64,000 nt of DNA, from contig JBKUYM010000001.1 in the NCBI GenBank assembly GCA_046964515.1, positions 402,842-466,841 on the forward strand. Reading direction: 5' to 3'. The DNA comes from Clostridia bacterium (GTDB taxonomy: Bacteria; Bacillota; Clostridia; TANB77; CAG-508). Position numbers and translations under genes: made by a program. Numbering within the stretch: the stretch's first letter is position 1; each line of letters starts with the position of its first letter. Shown piece after piece: positions 41,906 to 52,395 of this stretch. The notes under the pieces were generated by a model. The model was not told the DNA's origin, did not search any database, and was given only the letters and a program-made list of their open reading frames with translations.

Positions 41906-42226
41906 ATGGATACTTCTTTTGTACCAAGAATTGTTGTAGAAGCAAATAACTATAGAAAACCTAGGATAGTGGATTATAGAGAGATAATAGAAGAGGTACA
42001 AATCCTGCTTATGAAAGAAGGATACCAAGTTGCCTTTAATGCAGTAGAAATCTATAATAGATTAACGCAAAAATTTTCATTTAGAGAAGATATGCGCAAA
42101 GAAGAAATCTTGGATACTATAAGAATGTGCCTAAAAAGGTTAGAAAAACAACAGTTTCTAAAAAGAAATGAAGAAAATCAATATGTTATAAAAAGGCAGA
42201 GAGAAGAAAGTCTTATAGAAATGTAA
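41906..42226 (+). CDS. Small hypothetical protein encoded between rpoB and rpoC
   Basis: 107-109-aa ORF filling the rpoB-rpoC gap. Sense strand. GGAAAAGAG RBS-like element. No recognisable motif. Confidence 0.4.
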   Translation: MDTSFVPRIVVEANNYRKPRIVDYREIIEEVQILLMKEGYQVAFNAVEIYNRLTQKFSFREDMRKEEILDTIRMCLKRLEKQQFLKRNEENQYVIKRQREESLIEM

Positions 42227-42338
42227 TTGAATAGGTTAAAAGGAAATAGAAATGGACAAAATAAGATGCACAGCGCAGGATCATTACTATGACATAATAA
42301 CCAGGCAAAAACTAAAAAATCAGGGGGGCTAACCAAAG

Positions 42339-45300
42339 GTGGATGAATTAGAAATTTTTGATAAGATCAAAATAGGATTAGCATCAGACGAGAAAATTAG
42401 AGAATGGTCAAAAGGAGAAGTTAAAAAACCAGAGACTATTAACTATAGAACTTTAAAACCAGAAAAAGATGGTCTATTCTGTGAAAGAATATTTGGACCA
42501 ACAAAAGATTGGGAATGTCATTGTGGAAAATACAAAAGAGTTAGATATAAAGGGATTGTCTGTGATAGATGTGGTGTAGAAGTTACCAAAGCAAAAGTAA
42601 GACGTGAAAGAATGGGACATATTGAACTTGCTGCGCCAGTTGCTCATATATGGTATTTTAAAGGTATTCCAAGTAGAATTGCTTTAATGTTAGACATTTC
42701 ACCAAGAAGTTTAGAAAAAATCGTCTATTTTGCTTCTTATATTGTTATTGATAAGGGAACATCTGGTTTAATGAAAACACAAGTATTATCAGAAAAAGAA
42801 TATCATGAAGCAGTAGAAAAATATGGTGTTGGCAGTTTTAAAGCAGAAATGGGAGCAGAAGCTTTAGAAAAATTATTAAGGGAAATTGATTTAGATAAAC
42901 TATCTGCTAAATTAAAGAAAGAATTAGAAACAGCAAGTGAGCAAAAGAAAGCAAAATTAATTAAAAGATTAGATACTGTAGAATCTTTTAGATTATCTGG
43001 AAATAGACCTGAATGGATGATTATGAATGTAGTACCAGTTATTCCACCAGAGTTAAGACCAATGGTACAATTAGATGGTGGTAGATTTGCTACATCTGAC
43101 TTAAATGATTTATATAGAAGAGTAATTAATAGAAATAATCGTTTAAAAAGATTAGTAGAATTAGGTGCTCCAGAAATTATTAAAAGAAATGAAAAAAGAA
43201 TGCTTCAAGAATCAGTAGATGCGTTAATTGATAATGGAAGACGTGGAAGACCTGTAACTGGAGCCGGAAATAGACCATTAAAATCTTTATCAGATATGCT
43301 AAAAGGTAAACAAGGTCGTTTCCGTCAAAACTTACTTGGTAAACGTGTTGACTATTCCGGACGTTCTGTTATCGTTGTAGGACCAGAACTTAAAATTTAT
43401 CAATGTGGTCTTCCAAAAGAAATGGCAGTAGAATTATTCAAACCATTTGTTATGAAAGAATTAGTGGGAAGAGGTATTGCTCACAATATTAAAAATGCAA
43501 AAAGAATGGTAGAAAGATTACGTCCTGAAGTATGGGATATTTTAGAGGATGTAATTAAAGACCATCCTGTTATGCTAAACCGTGCACCTACGCTACATAG
43601 ACTTGGCATTCAAGCATTTGAACCTGTTTTAGTAGAAGGTAGAGCTATTAAATTACATCCATTAGTTTGTACAGCATTTAATGCTGACTTTGATGGTGAC
43701 CAAATGGCTATTCACGTTCCACTATCACCAGAAGCACAGGCAGAAGCAAGATACTTAATGCTATCTGTTAATAACTTATTAAAACCACAAGATGGTAAAC
43801 CAGTAACTGTTCCTACACAAGATATGATTTTAGGAAGTTATTATCTAACTATGGAAGTCGATGGCGAAGTAGGAGAGGGAAATTATTTCTCTTCACCAGA
43901 AGAAGCTATTATTGCCTATGAAAACAAAGAAGTGGGAATGCATGCTAAAATATTTGTTAGAATGAGCAAAATAGAAAATGGTGTGGAAAAACATAAAAAA
44001 GTAGAAACAACAGTTGGTAGAATTATTTACAATAAAGGTATTCCACAAGATTTAGGATTTGTTGACAGAAGCAATCCAGATAATGAATTTGAATTAGAAA
44101 TTAATTTTGTTGTTAAAAAGAAAAATCTTGGAAAAATTATTGAAAAATGTATCAATGTTCATGGATTAAATCGTTCTGCAGAATTGTTAGATTATATTAA
44201 AGCCACTGGATTTAAATATTCTACAACAGGTGCTATTACAGTTTCTATCGATGATGTTAAAGTACCAGAAGCGAAAAAAGAAATTCTAGAACATGCATCT
44301 AAAGAAGTAGAAACCGTATTAAAACAATATAAACGTGGTTTGATTACAGAAGAAGAAAGATATAACTCTGTTATTAAAATTTGGGAAAAAGCAACAGATA
44401 ATGTAAAAGATGCCATGAGAGATAACTTTACAAGTTTAAACCCTGTATTCATGATGTCAGAATCTGGTGCTAGAGGTAACTTAGACCAATTAAAACAAAT
44501 TGCAGGTATGCGTGGTCTTATGGCAAGTACAACTGGTAAAACAGTTGAAATTCCAATTAAGTCTTCTTTTAGAGAAGGTCTAGATGCTTTAGAGTACTTT
44601 ATCTCTGCCCATGGTGCTCGTAAAGGTTTATCAGATACAGCATTAAGAACAGCCGATTCTGGATATTTGACAAGAAGATTAGTAGATGTTTCTCAAGATA
44701 TTATCGTTAGAGAACATGACTGTGGAACACATGATGGCATTGAATTAACGGCTATAAAAGATGGAAATCAAGTTATTGAAAGTTTACAAGAAAGATTAAT
44801 TGGTAGATATCCATTAGAAGATATTGTTCATCCAGAAACAGGAGAATTAATAGTAGATACGAATACTTTAATTAATGACAAAATTGCAGATAGCATTGTA
44901 GAAGCTGGTATTGAAAACGTTTTAGTTCGTAGCGTATTTGGTTGTAGAACAAAATATGGTGTTTGTTCAAAATGCTATGGTATGGGTCTTGCAAGTAGAC
45001 AAGAAGCAGATATTGGTGAAGCAGTTGGTATTATTGCTGCACAATCTATTGGTGAACCTGGTACACAGCTTACTATGAGAACGATTCACTCTGGTGGTGT
45101 TGCTGGTGTTGCCGATATTACACAAGGTCTTCCTAGAGTTGAAGAATTATTTGAAGCTAGAAAACCAAAGGGATTAGCAATTATTTCTGAGATAGATGGA
45201 ACTGTTAAAATTTCTGATGAGAAAAAGAGAAAAGAAATCATTGTTACTTCAAAAGACGATAGTAAAACATATGTAATTCCATTTGGATCAAAATTAAAAG

Positions 45301-45899
45301 TAAAAGAGGGAGATACTGTTACAGCAGGTCAACCACTTACAGAGGGATCTGTTAATCCAAATGAATTATTATTAATTAAAGGACCGGCTGGTGTATATAA
45401 TTACTTAGTACAGGAAGTACAAAAAGTATATAGAAACCAAGGTGTTGATATTAATGATAAGCATATTGAAGTTATTGGAAGACAGATGTTAAAGAAGATA
45501 AGAGTAGAAGATAATGGGGATACTACTTTATTTGCAGGTTCTTTAGTGGATATGTATGAATTTGAAGCAATTAATAATCAGGCAATTCAAGAAGGTAAAC
45601 GTCCTGCAACAGGAAAACGAGTATTATTAGGTATTACAAAAGCTTCTCTTGCAACAGATAGTTTCTTATCTGCAGCTTCTTTCCAAGAAACAACAAGAGT
45701 GTTAACAGAAGCCGCTATTAAAGGAAAAGTAGATGAATTAATTGGCTTAAAAGAAAATGTGATTATTGGTAAATTAATTCCTGCAGGTACTGGTCTTGCT
45801 AAATATAAAAATACCCATATTAGTACAGAAGAAGATTCTGTAGAAGCACAAACGGAGGATAAGCAAGATACTGAAAAAATAGAAGAAGATGTAGGATAA
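42339..45899 (+). CDS. rpoC: DNA-directed RNA polymerase subunit beta'
   Basis: The N-terminus [57 protein letters not shown] is near-identical to B. subtilis RpoC. NADFDGD catalytic motif. GTG start. Confidence 0.9.
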   Translation: MDELEIFDKIKIGLASDEKIREWSKGEVKKPETINYRTLKPEKDGLFCERIFGPTKDWECHCGKYKRVRYKGIVCDRCGVEVTKAKVRRERMGHIELAAPVAHIWYFKGIPSRIALMLDISPRSLEKIVYFASYIVIDKGTSGLMKTQVLSEKEYHEAVEKYGVGSFKAEMGAEALEKLLREIDLDKLSAKLKKELETASEQKKAKLIKRLDTVESFRLSGNRPEWMIMNVVPVIPPELRPMVQLDGGRFATSDLNDLYRRVINRNNRLKRLVELGAPEIIKRNEKRMLQESVDALIDNGRRGRPVTGAGNRPLKSLSDMLKGKQGRFRQNLLGKRVDYSGRSVIVVGPELKIYQCGLPKEMAVELFKPFVMKELVGRGIAHNIKNAKRMVERLRPEVWDILEDVIKDHPVMLNRAPTLHRLGIQAFEPVLVEGRAIKLHPLVCTAFNADFDGDQMAIHVPLSPEAQAEARYLMLSVNNLLKPQDGKPVTVPTQDMILGSYYLTMEVDGEVGEGNYFSSPEEAIIAYENKEVGMHAKIFVRMSKIENGVEKHKKVETTVGRIIYNKGIPQDLGFVDRSNPDNEFELEINFVVKKKNLGKIIEKCINVHGLNRSAELLDYIKATGFKYSTTGAITVSIDDVKVPEAKKEILEHASKEVETVLKQYKRGLITEEERYNSVIKIWEKATDNVKDAMRDNFTSLNPVFMMSESGARGNLDQLKQIAGMRGLMASTTGKTVEIPIKSSFREGLDALEYFISAHGARKGLSDTALRTADSGYLTRRLVDVSQDIIVREHDCGTHDGIELTAIKDGNQVIESLQERLIGRYPLEDIVHPETGELIVDTNTLINDKIADSIVEAGIENVLVRSVFGCRTKYGVCSKCYGMGLASRQEADIGEAVGIIAAQSIGEPGTQLTMRTIHSGGVAGVADITQGLPRVEELFEARKPKGLAIISEIDGTVKISDEKKRKEIIVTSKDDSKTYVIPFGSKLKVKEGDTVTAGQPLTEGSVNPNELLLIKGPAGVYNYLVQEVQKVYRNQGVDINDKHIEVIGRQMLKKIRVEDNGDTTLFAGSLVDMYEFEAINNQAIQEGKRPATGKRVLLGITKASLATDSFLSAASFQETTRVLTEAAIKGKVDELIGLKENVIIGKLIPAGTGLAKYKNTHISTEEDSVEAQTEDKQDTEKIEEDVG

Positions 45900-45913
45900 T
45901 AAGGTAAAAAGTA

Positions 45914-45950
45914 AGATAGGAGAGATTTATTCTTCTATCTTATTTTTCAT
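45914..45950 (+). terminator. Intrinsic terminator after rpoC
   Basis: aagatag-gagagatttattctt-ctatctt plus attttt. Confidence 0.5.
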
Positions 45951-46007
45951 TTACAAAATAAAACAAGAAAGGTATAATAAGAAAAAAGAAAGGATAGGAG
46001 AAAAAAT

Positions 46008-47297
46008 ATGAAATTATATATAAAAAATGCCACTTTGTTATCTATGGATGAGAAAAGAGAAAAAGTAGAAGAAAATATGGATATCGAAATTTCTGGGAAC
46101 CAGATAATAAAAATAGGTAAAAACCTAACCGGTGAAGAAAATGCAAAAATGATAGATGCTACAGGAAAGGTGGTAATGCCAGGACTCATTAATACCCATG
46201 CACATATTCCGATGAGTATTTTTAGAGAAACCGTGGATGGACTTTCTCTACAGGAATGGTTACAAGATAAAATATGGCCGATGGAAGATCAATTGACCAA
46301 AGAAGATATTTACCAAGCTTCTAAGTTGTCTTTTATGGAAATGATTCGAACAGGAACTACCACTATTAATGATATGTATTTTATGACAGAATCTATTATA
46401 GAAGCTGCTATACAAGCAGGAATTAGATTACAAACGACTAGAACATTGACTTCTGTTGCAGGAGAAGAAGATGGACAAAAGAAATTAGAGGAATTTAAAG
46501 AATTATTAGAAAAATATAGAAATCAGAATAGTCGCATTACTTTTAATGCAGGTATCCATGGATTATACACTTCTAGTAGAGAATATGTGGATAAATGTAT
46601 TGCTTTTGCAAAAGAAGAAGCATTAAGGATACATATGCATTTTTGTGAAAATACAAAAGAAGTAGAAGATATTAAACAAGCTTATGGAGAAAGTCCAGTT
46701 AGTGTTATAGAAAAGGACTTTAAAGGAATCGATGTGTTATTAGCACATTGTGTAAAATTAAATAAAGAAGAAATTGCTAGGATGGCAACATTACCGATTC
46801 ATATTTCTCATTGTCCAGTTAGTAATTTAAAATTAGGCTGTGGGGTAGCCAATATTGCACAAATGGTAAATGCAGGTATGAATGTTAGTTTAGGCACAGA
46901 TGGGCAAGGAAGTGGTAGTAATTTAGATTTATTTGAAACTATGAAATATACAGCTTTATTGCAAAAAGGGATACAAGAAGATGCGAAACAATTACCTGCT
47001 TATCAAGTTATACAAATGGCAACAATGAATGGTGCTAAAGCATTAGGAATGGAAAGTCAAATAGGTAGTATTGAAGAAGGTAAGCTTGCAGATATGATCA
47101 TTTTAAATTTAGATACCTGTGTAATGCAACCAGTTAATGATTTATGTTCAGACATTGTATATAATGCAAAGGGAGAAAATGTAGAGACTACCATAGTTAA
47201 TGGGGAAATCTTAATGGAAAATAAACAATTAAGAGGCATAGAAGGGCAAGAAGTTTATGAGAAGTGTAGAAGCATTATAGAAAGAATAAAACAATAA
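46008..47297 (+). CDS. mtaD: Amidohydrolase of the 5-methylthioadenosine/S-adenosylhomocysteine deaminase type
   Basis: MPGLINTHAHIPMS metal-binding motif and Amidohydro_1 architecture with HxH...H...H..D. 429 aa. Confidence 0.7.
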   Translation: MKLYIKNATLLSMDEKREKVEENMDIEISGNQIIKIGKNLTGEENAKMIDATGKVVMPGLINTHAHIPMSIFRETVDGLSLQEWLQDKIWPMEDQLTKEDIYQASKLSFMEMIRTGTTTINDMYFMTESIIEAAIQAGIRLQTTRTLTSVAGEEDGQKKLEEFKELLEKYRNQNSRITFNAGIHGLYTSSREYVDKCIAFAKEEALRIHMHFCENTKEVEDIKQAYGESPVSVIEKDFKGIDVLLAHCVKLNKEEIARMATLPIHISHCPVSNLKLGCGVANIAQMVNAGMNVSLGTDGQGSGSNLDLFETMKYTALLQKGIQEDAKQLPAYQVIQMATMNGAKALGMESQIGSIEEGKLADMIILNLDTCVMQPVNDLCSDIVYNAKGENVETTIVNGEILMENKQLRGIEGQEVYEKCRSIIERIKQ

Positions 47298-47438
47298 AGT
47301 GTAAACAAATTTAATTACATGAAAAGATCTAGTATACCAAAACATCTATATTAGGTCTTACTTTTTTATTCCATATGTAATAAGAAAATTATCAGGTATG
47401 GAAAATATAAAGAATAGAAAGAAAGGTAAAAAGAGAAA

Positions 47439-47720
47439 ATGAATTACCAAATAAAAGAAGAAAATCAAAAATTTTTATTAATCGAAGAAGAAAAAGAAAT
47501 TGGAAATTTAAAGTTTATAAAAGATGTAGAAGGTGATTTTATAATTGAATCTATCTTCATAGAAGAAGCCTATAGAGGAGAAGGATATGCTCAAATTATT
47601 TTTAATGAATTTATTGAAAAGGTAAAAAAAGAGAAACGTAAAGTAATACCAATTTGTACATATGCACAAGCACAATTTCGAAAAAGAAAAAGTATACAAT
47701 ACTTATTAAAAAATGTATAA
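47439..47720 (+). CDS. Small GNAT-like N-acetyltransferase-fold protein (Acetyltransf_CG type)
   Basis: 93 aa. The ...IESIFIEEAYRGEGYAQ...ICTYA... pattern is typical of the short GNAT-like family. Confidence 0.5.
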   Translation: MNYQIKEENQKFLLIEEEKEIGNLKFIKDVEGDFIIESIFIEEAYRGEGYAQIIFNEFIEKVKKEKRKVIPICTYAQAQFRKRKSIQYLLKNV

Positions 47721-47779
47721 ATAAGAAAATAGTTGTCTTGAAAACAAAATTGTAGAAGAGTACGCATGGGCAGGAGTCC

Positions 47780-47808
47780 TTGACAAAGCCTAGAAATAAG
47801 AGTACAAT
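47780..47808 (+). promoter_or_regulatory. Putative sigma70 promoter for gdpP (TTGACA-17-TACAAT)
   Basis: ttgacaaagcctagaaataagagtacaat. Confidence 0.5.
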
Positions 47809-47840
47809 AGAGTTTGTAAATAGTATAAAAGGAGAATATT

Positions 47841-49874
47841 ATGCCCCAAAATAATAGTAGAAAATTATTTGACAAATTTATATCTAAGACAAAAATCTAT
47901 TTAGTAATTATAGCTATACTTTTAATTATAGTATGTTGTTATGAAGTAAATTATATTACACCAGCTATTTTATTATATATCTTAATTTTAATGTATGCTT
48001 ATTGGACAAATAATAAAAGAAAAGCAGAATTATCAGAACATATTAAGGATTTAACATTAACAGTAGACACTGCTGCTAAAAGTACTTTAATTAATTCCCC
48101 TTTTCCATTAATTATTATAGAGACAGATGGTAACATTATATGGAAAAGTTCTAAATTTATACATGAATTTGCGAATATTGATATTAATAGTTATTTAAAT
48201 AACATTGTAAGAGAGCTTAAATTAGAAATTGAAAATAGTAGTGAAGAAAATAAAAAAGAGTTAGAAGAACTGATAAAGAAACAAATAAAAATAGGAGATA
48301 AAACTTATAAAATATTAGGAGAATATGTAAAATCAAAAGAAAAAGAGAAAAATAAAGATGAAGAATATATGGCTACGCTTTATTTTATAGATGAAACACA
48401 GAACATTGAATTAGCAGAGAAATATAAAAATTCTAAAATTTGTGTTGGTATTATTATGATTGACAACTATGAAGAAATTATGCAAAGAATTGCCAGCGAA
48501 GATAGACCACAAATTGTAGCTCAAATAGAAAAGACACTATATGATTGGGCTAATGCTTTTGAAGGTTTGATTGTAAAATCAGATCGTGATACGTTTGTTG
48601 TTATCTTAGAACAAAAATATATTGAAATATTAGAAGAAAATAAATTTAATATTTTAGATACCATTAAGGAAATCAGTATACCAGGAAAAATACAATCTAC
48701 TCTTAGTATTGCTATTTCTAATGAAGGAAAGTCAAATTATGAGAAATATAAATCTGCTAGTGCTGCAATGGATTTGGCTTTAGGACGTGGTGGAGACCAA
48801 GCCGTTATTAGAAAAGATGGAAAATATAACTTTTTTGGTGGAAGAGCCCAAGAAATGGAAAAAAGAACAAAAGTAAAGGCTAGAATTGTATCCCATGCTT
48901 TAGAAGAATTAATGCAGGAATCTAAAAATGTTATGATTATGGGACATGCGAATAGTGATATAGATGCTATGGGATCTAGTTTTGGAATATATCGTTTAGC
49001 CAAAGCAATTGGAAAAGAAGCCTATATTATTAATAATACGTTTGGTATTAGTATTGACCATTTTATGGAAGAAGCTAAGAAACAAGAAGAATATCAAGAA
49101 GCAATTCTTAATAAAGAAAGAGCGATTGAACTAATTGGACCAGACACATTATTAATTGTGGTAGACACACATAAAAAGAACTATGTAGAAGTTCCAGAAT
49201 TACTAGAAAAAACAAATAAAATTGTTATAATAGATCATCATAGAAGAAGTCCAGACTTTATTGAAAATGCGATTTTAACTTTTCACGAAGTGTATGCTTC
49301 TTCAGCAGCAGAACTAGTAACAGAATTAATAGAATATTCTGAAAATGATATAAAATTAACACAAATAGAGACAGAAGGTTTGTATGCTGGTATTATGATG
49401 GACACAAAAAACTTTACTTTTAAAACAGGTGTTAGGACTTTCGAAGCGGCAGCCTATTTACGTAAATGTGGAGTAGATATTATAAAAGTAAAAAAATGGT
49501 TCCAGAGTGATTTAGATACTTATCATAAAATTTCAGAAATTGTAGCAAAAGCAGAAATTGTTAATACCACTATAGGGATTTCTATTTATGAAAAAGAAGA
49601 TGATAATGCAAATATTATTTGTGCTAAAGCAGCAGATGAGTTATTAACCATTAGTGATATTACAGCCTCTTTTGTAATTGGTAATTTAGGAGATAAAGTA
49701 TGTATTAGTGGACGTTCTATAGGCGATATTAATGTACAAGTTATTTTAGAAAAATTAGGAGGCGGCGGACACATTACATTAGCGGGAGCTCAAGTAGAAG
49801 GTATGAATACAGAAGAAGTAAAACAAGAATTAATGAATAGAATTAATGAATATTTTACAGAAATTTCAAGTTAA
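47841..49874 (+). CDS. gdpP: Cyclic-di-AMP phosphodiesterase GdpP (2TM-PAS-degenerate GGDEF-DHH/DHHA1)
   Basis: Two N-terminal TM segments. DHH motifs (MGHANSDIDAMGS, IIDHHRRS). DHHA1 GGGH motif (GGGGHITLAGAQ). Position relative to rplI-dnaB is typical. Confidence 0.85.
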   Translation: MPQNNSRKLFDKFISKTKIYLVIIAILLIIVCCYEVNYITPAILLYILILMYAYWTNNKRKAELSEHIKDLTLTVDTAAKSTLINSPFPLIIIETDGNIIWKSSKFIHEFANIDINSYLNNIVRELKLEIENSSEENKKELEELIKKQIKIGDKTYKILGEYVKSKEKEKNKDEEYMATLYFIDETQNIELAEKYKNSKICVGIIMIDNYEEIMQRIASEDRPQIVAQIEKTLYDWANAFEGLIVKSDRDTFVVILEQKYIEILEENKFNILDTIKEISIPGKIQSTLSIAISNEGKSNYEKYKSASAAMDLALGRGGDQAVIRKDGKYNFFGGRAQEMEKRTKVKARIVSHALEELMQESKNVMIMGHANSDIDAMGSSFGIYRLAKAIGKEAYIINNTFGISIDHFMEEAKKQEEYQEAILNKERAIELIGPDTLLIVVDTHKKNYVEVPELLEKTNKIVIIDHHRRSPDFIENAILTFHEVYASSAAELVTELIEYSENDIKLTQIETEGLYAGIMMDTKNFTFKTGVRTFEAAAYLRKCGVDIIKVKKWFQSDLDTYHKISEIVAKAEIVNTTIGISIYEKEDDNANIICAKAADELLTISDITASFVIGNLGDKVCISGRSIGDINVQVILEKLGGGGHITLAGAQVEGMNTEEVKQELMNRINEYFTEISS

Positions 49875-49895
49875 AATATAAAGAGTCAAGTAAAA

Positions 49896-49945
49896 AGAAG
49901 AACAAACAAGATGGTTTGTTCTTTTTTTATGCAAATTATGTGAAT
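49896..49945 (+). terminator. Intrinsic terminator plus copy D of the recurrent motif
   Basis: agaacaaacaagatggtttgttct, then ttttttATGCAAATTATGTGAATAgc. Confidence 0.55.
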
Positions 49946-50024
49946 AGCAGTTTAGCTAATTATAAAAAAATAATGGAAAGGAAAACGAGAGATAGGATAA
50001 AATTAAAAAAACGAAGAAAAAGGG

Positions 50025-51146
50025 GTGAAAAAGTTGAAAAAACAAAAGAAAAGGTATTTTTTTATGGTGATATGTCTGTTCTATTTTATTAGTTTTCCTA
50101 TTAAAAGTTTAGCAACAAATCAAACAATTAATTGTTTAGCAGAATATAAAGATAGTATAACTTATGATATTACCATTACAGGTCTAGAGCCAGAAGAAGA
50201 TTATGACTATTATATCATTATTTCCTTAAAAAAAGAAGTAACAGAAAATGATTTCTTTAGAGCTTTAGGAAATTCACTATCCATTACATATGAAGCAGAA
50301 ACAAAAAAATGGAAAACAACAACCATGTGGTCTTTAGACGGTGTAAAACCACATGATGAATTTGAAAGACAAGGACAGTATTATCTTCATGTAGCAAAAA
50401 AGCTGAAAAGTAGTATCCAGTATGAAATAATAGCAGGACCTATTCCGGTAGATACACCAAAATTGCCACCATTAGGAGAAAGAATTAAAGTCAGTGCACC
50501 TTCTGGATTAAATACCACATATAGTATCCAAGTAAATGCCCTTAATACAATGTTTTATAATAGGGTACAAAGAACCATTCACTTTTATTTAGGAGAAATT
50601 ACAGATACAACACTACTAAAACAATTACAAAACCATGAAAAAGATGCTTATGAAAATTTATTACAATATGCCAAAAAGCAAAAAGGAAATCTAAAAAAAG
50701 ATAGCTTTCAAGATACCAAAACAGGAGTCTTAGATTATAATATTTTAGCCGATTATAAAATAGAGGCAGGGAAACATTATTTTCTATATGTTATATTAGA
50801 TGATGAAAATGGAACCTATGTACCGGTAGAAGATATAGAAGCTTATAATGGGGAATGGAATTATACAAAAGGTGAAGGCGGATTAAGAAAGTTTTCCTAT
50901 CAAGAAGAGCAAAATAAAGAAGATAAACCAAATACAAACAACATGAATCAAGTAATAAATAATGAAACGATAGAAGAAAAACAAAATAACCAAATGAATG
51001 AAATTGTTACTAGGGATAATACCGTTGCAAATACAAAGATACCACAGACAGGAGATAGAAATATAAAAGTAATTTTGCTAGTAAGCATCATTATAGTAGG
51101 TATTATTATTTTTATAAAATATAAAAAATATAAAGAAACACCATAA
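50025..51146 (+). CDS. Sortase-anchored cell-surface protein (IPQTG sorting signal)
   Basis: Signal peptide. About 330-aa ectodomain. C-terminal IPQTGD, hydrophobic segment and KYKKYK tail, which is a sortase-substrate architecture. Confidence 0.65.
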   Translation: MKKLKKQKKRYFFMVICLFYFISFPIKSLATNQTINCLAEYKDSITYDITITGLEPEEDYDYYIIISLKKEVTENDFFRALGNSLSITYEAETKKWKTTTMWSLDGVKPHDEFERQGQYYLHVAKKLKSSIQYEIIAGPIPVDTPKLPPLGERIKVSAPSGLNTTYSIQVNALNTMFYNRVQRTIHFYLGEITDTTLLKQLQNHEKDAYENLLQYAKKQKGNLKKDSFQDTKTGVLDYNILADYKIEAGKHYFLYVILDDENGTYVPVEDIEAYNGEWNYTKGEGGLRKFSYQEEQNKEDKPNTNNMNQVINNETIEEKQNNQMNEIVTRDNTVANTKIPQTGDRNIKVILLVSIIIVGIIIFIKYKKYKETP

Positions 51147-51159
51147 GAAAGGAGAAAAA

Positions 51160-51669
51160 ATGATATTTTTAGTTATTATCATAATAGTTATCTTGCTTGC
51201 CATTTATATGTTTATTAGTATAAAAGTAGATAAGTTAAAATATAGAGCTGAGCAACATATATTAAAAGATACACCATTTAATAGAGCCAATATAGATGCC
51301 ACCATGGATGGTGCTATAGGAGGAGAACTTATTAAGAAATTTTTAGCAGATTTTCCCCATTATACACAAGAAAGTTTATTTCAATTATTTCAAAAATGTG
51401 CGGAAAATATTAGAAGTAAAAATAGGATAGAAATTATGTCTGAAAAAGTAACGCAAAAGATGGCAAATGACAAAAAAATTGAAATACTAGCGCAGAAGCA
51501 ATATAAAAGAATGAGTATGACAGCGTATGGAAGAGGAAGATTAAATGTTTCTATTATCTATGCAGACGCTAGAGATGAATATAATTTGAGTCTATTTTTT
51601 AAAATACAAGAAAATACATTATTGCTGGATGAATATGTTATACAAAAAGGCAATATGTTAGGTTTTTAG
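51160..51669 (+). CDS. Hypothetical N-terminally anchored membrane protein
   Basis: 169-aa ORF with a strong N-terminal TM. Tightly packed after the surface-protein gene. Confidence 0.5.
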   Translation: MIFLVIIIIVILLAIYMFISIKVDKLKYRAEQHILKDTPFNRANIDATMDGAIGGELIKKFLADFPHYTQESLFQLFQKCAENIRSKNRIEIMSEKVTQKMANDKKIEILAQKQYKRMSMTAYGRGRLNVSIIYADARDEYNLSLFFKIQENTLLLDEYVIQKGNMLGF

Positions 51670-51732
51670 ATAAACCATTGAAAAAACAGATATAACAAAG
51701 AAAAAAATAAAAAAGAAACGGAGAAAAAGAAA

Positions 51733-52047
51733 ATGAGTGATAAAGCAAAAAATATTTTATCTTATATAATTCCAATTTGCGGAATTGTATTTATGTTAGT
51801 AAAAGATAGTAGTAAAGAAGTAAAATTAGTAGGAGCACAAGCTACCACTTTGTGGGCTATGTATTTCATTTTAAGAATAGGCTATAGCTTAATACCAATT
51901 TATATCCCCATGTTTTCTACACTAATTTATGGTGCTTACATTGTTTTTGGTATTATAGGAATTATAAAAGTATGTAAAGAAGAAAATCTAGAACTACCAT
52001 TAGTAGGAAAAATTACACAATCCGTATTTGGAAAAGTCATCAATTAG
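51733..52047 (+). CDS. Small multi-TM membrane protein (DUF4870-like)
   Basis: 104 aa, two or three TM segments. Confidence 0.45.
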   Translation: MSDKAKNILSYIIPICGIVFMLVKDSSKEVKLVGAQATTLWAMYFILRIGYSLIPIYIPMFSTLIYGAYIVFGIIGIIKVCKEENLELPLVGKITQSVFGKVIN

Positions 52048-52167
52048 GGACGTGCTTGTATTGTTTAGATAGTTATAAAAATGAAAGAGTCAGTGAATAT
52101 AGTTGCTGACTCTTTGTTTATAGAATTACATAAAGTATCTTGCTTTTCTATCTCTTTTTTAATATTC

Positions 52168-52395
52168 TTTTTTATAGAAATCGCATCTAAAAATAAGAAA
52201 GATATTCAAAAATAAGGCATTGACATTAACCGATTGGTAATATAAAATTATCTAAGAAAAGTATTAAATTAAAAAAACGGGAAAACATAAGAAAAAGAGG
52301 GATGATAAATGAGAGAAAAATCTGGTATTACCTTAGTCAGTTTAGTAATAACCATTATTGTATTACTGATTTTAGCAGGAATTAGTATCAATACA
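52168..52395 (+). repeat. Inverted repeat arm 2; partner at 34735-34962
   Basis: About 95% identity to the reverse complement of arm 1, covering promoter, leader and the first ~85 nt of the CDS. Confidence 0.7.
52220..52248 (+). promoter_or_regulatory. Conserved family promoter for P6
   Basis: cattgacattaaccgattggtaatataaaat. Confidence 0.55.

Noticed and set aside
41729-42028. Minus-strand 99-aa Ser-rich ORF overlapping the rpoB 3' end
   Set aside because: Reverse-complement translation of the GAA/GAT-rich acidic-tail codons gives a poly-Ser artefact, antisense to rpoB.
34735-52395. Inverted repeats as terminal inverted repeats of a transposon or mobile element
   Set aside because: No transposase, integrase or recombinase lies between or near the repeats. 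The repeats are the promoter and 5' coding modules of paralogous genes, and the intervening DNA is core housekeeping, including rpoBC.
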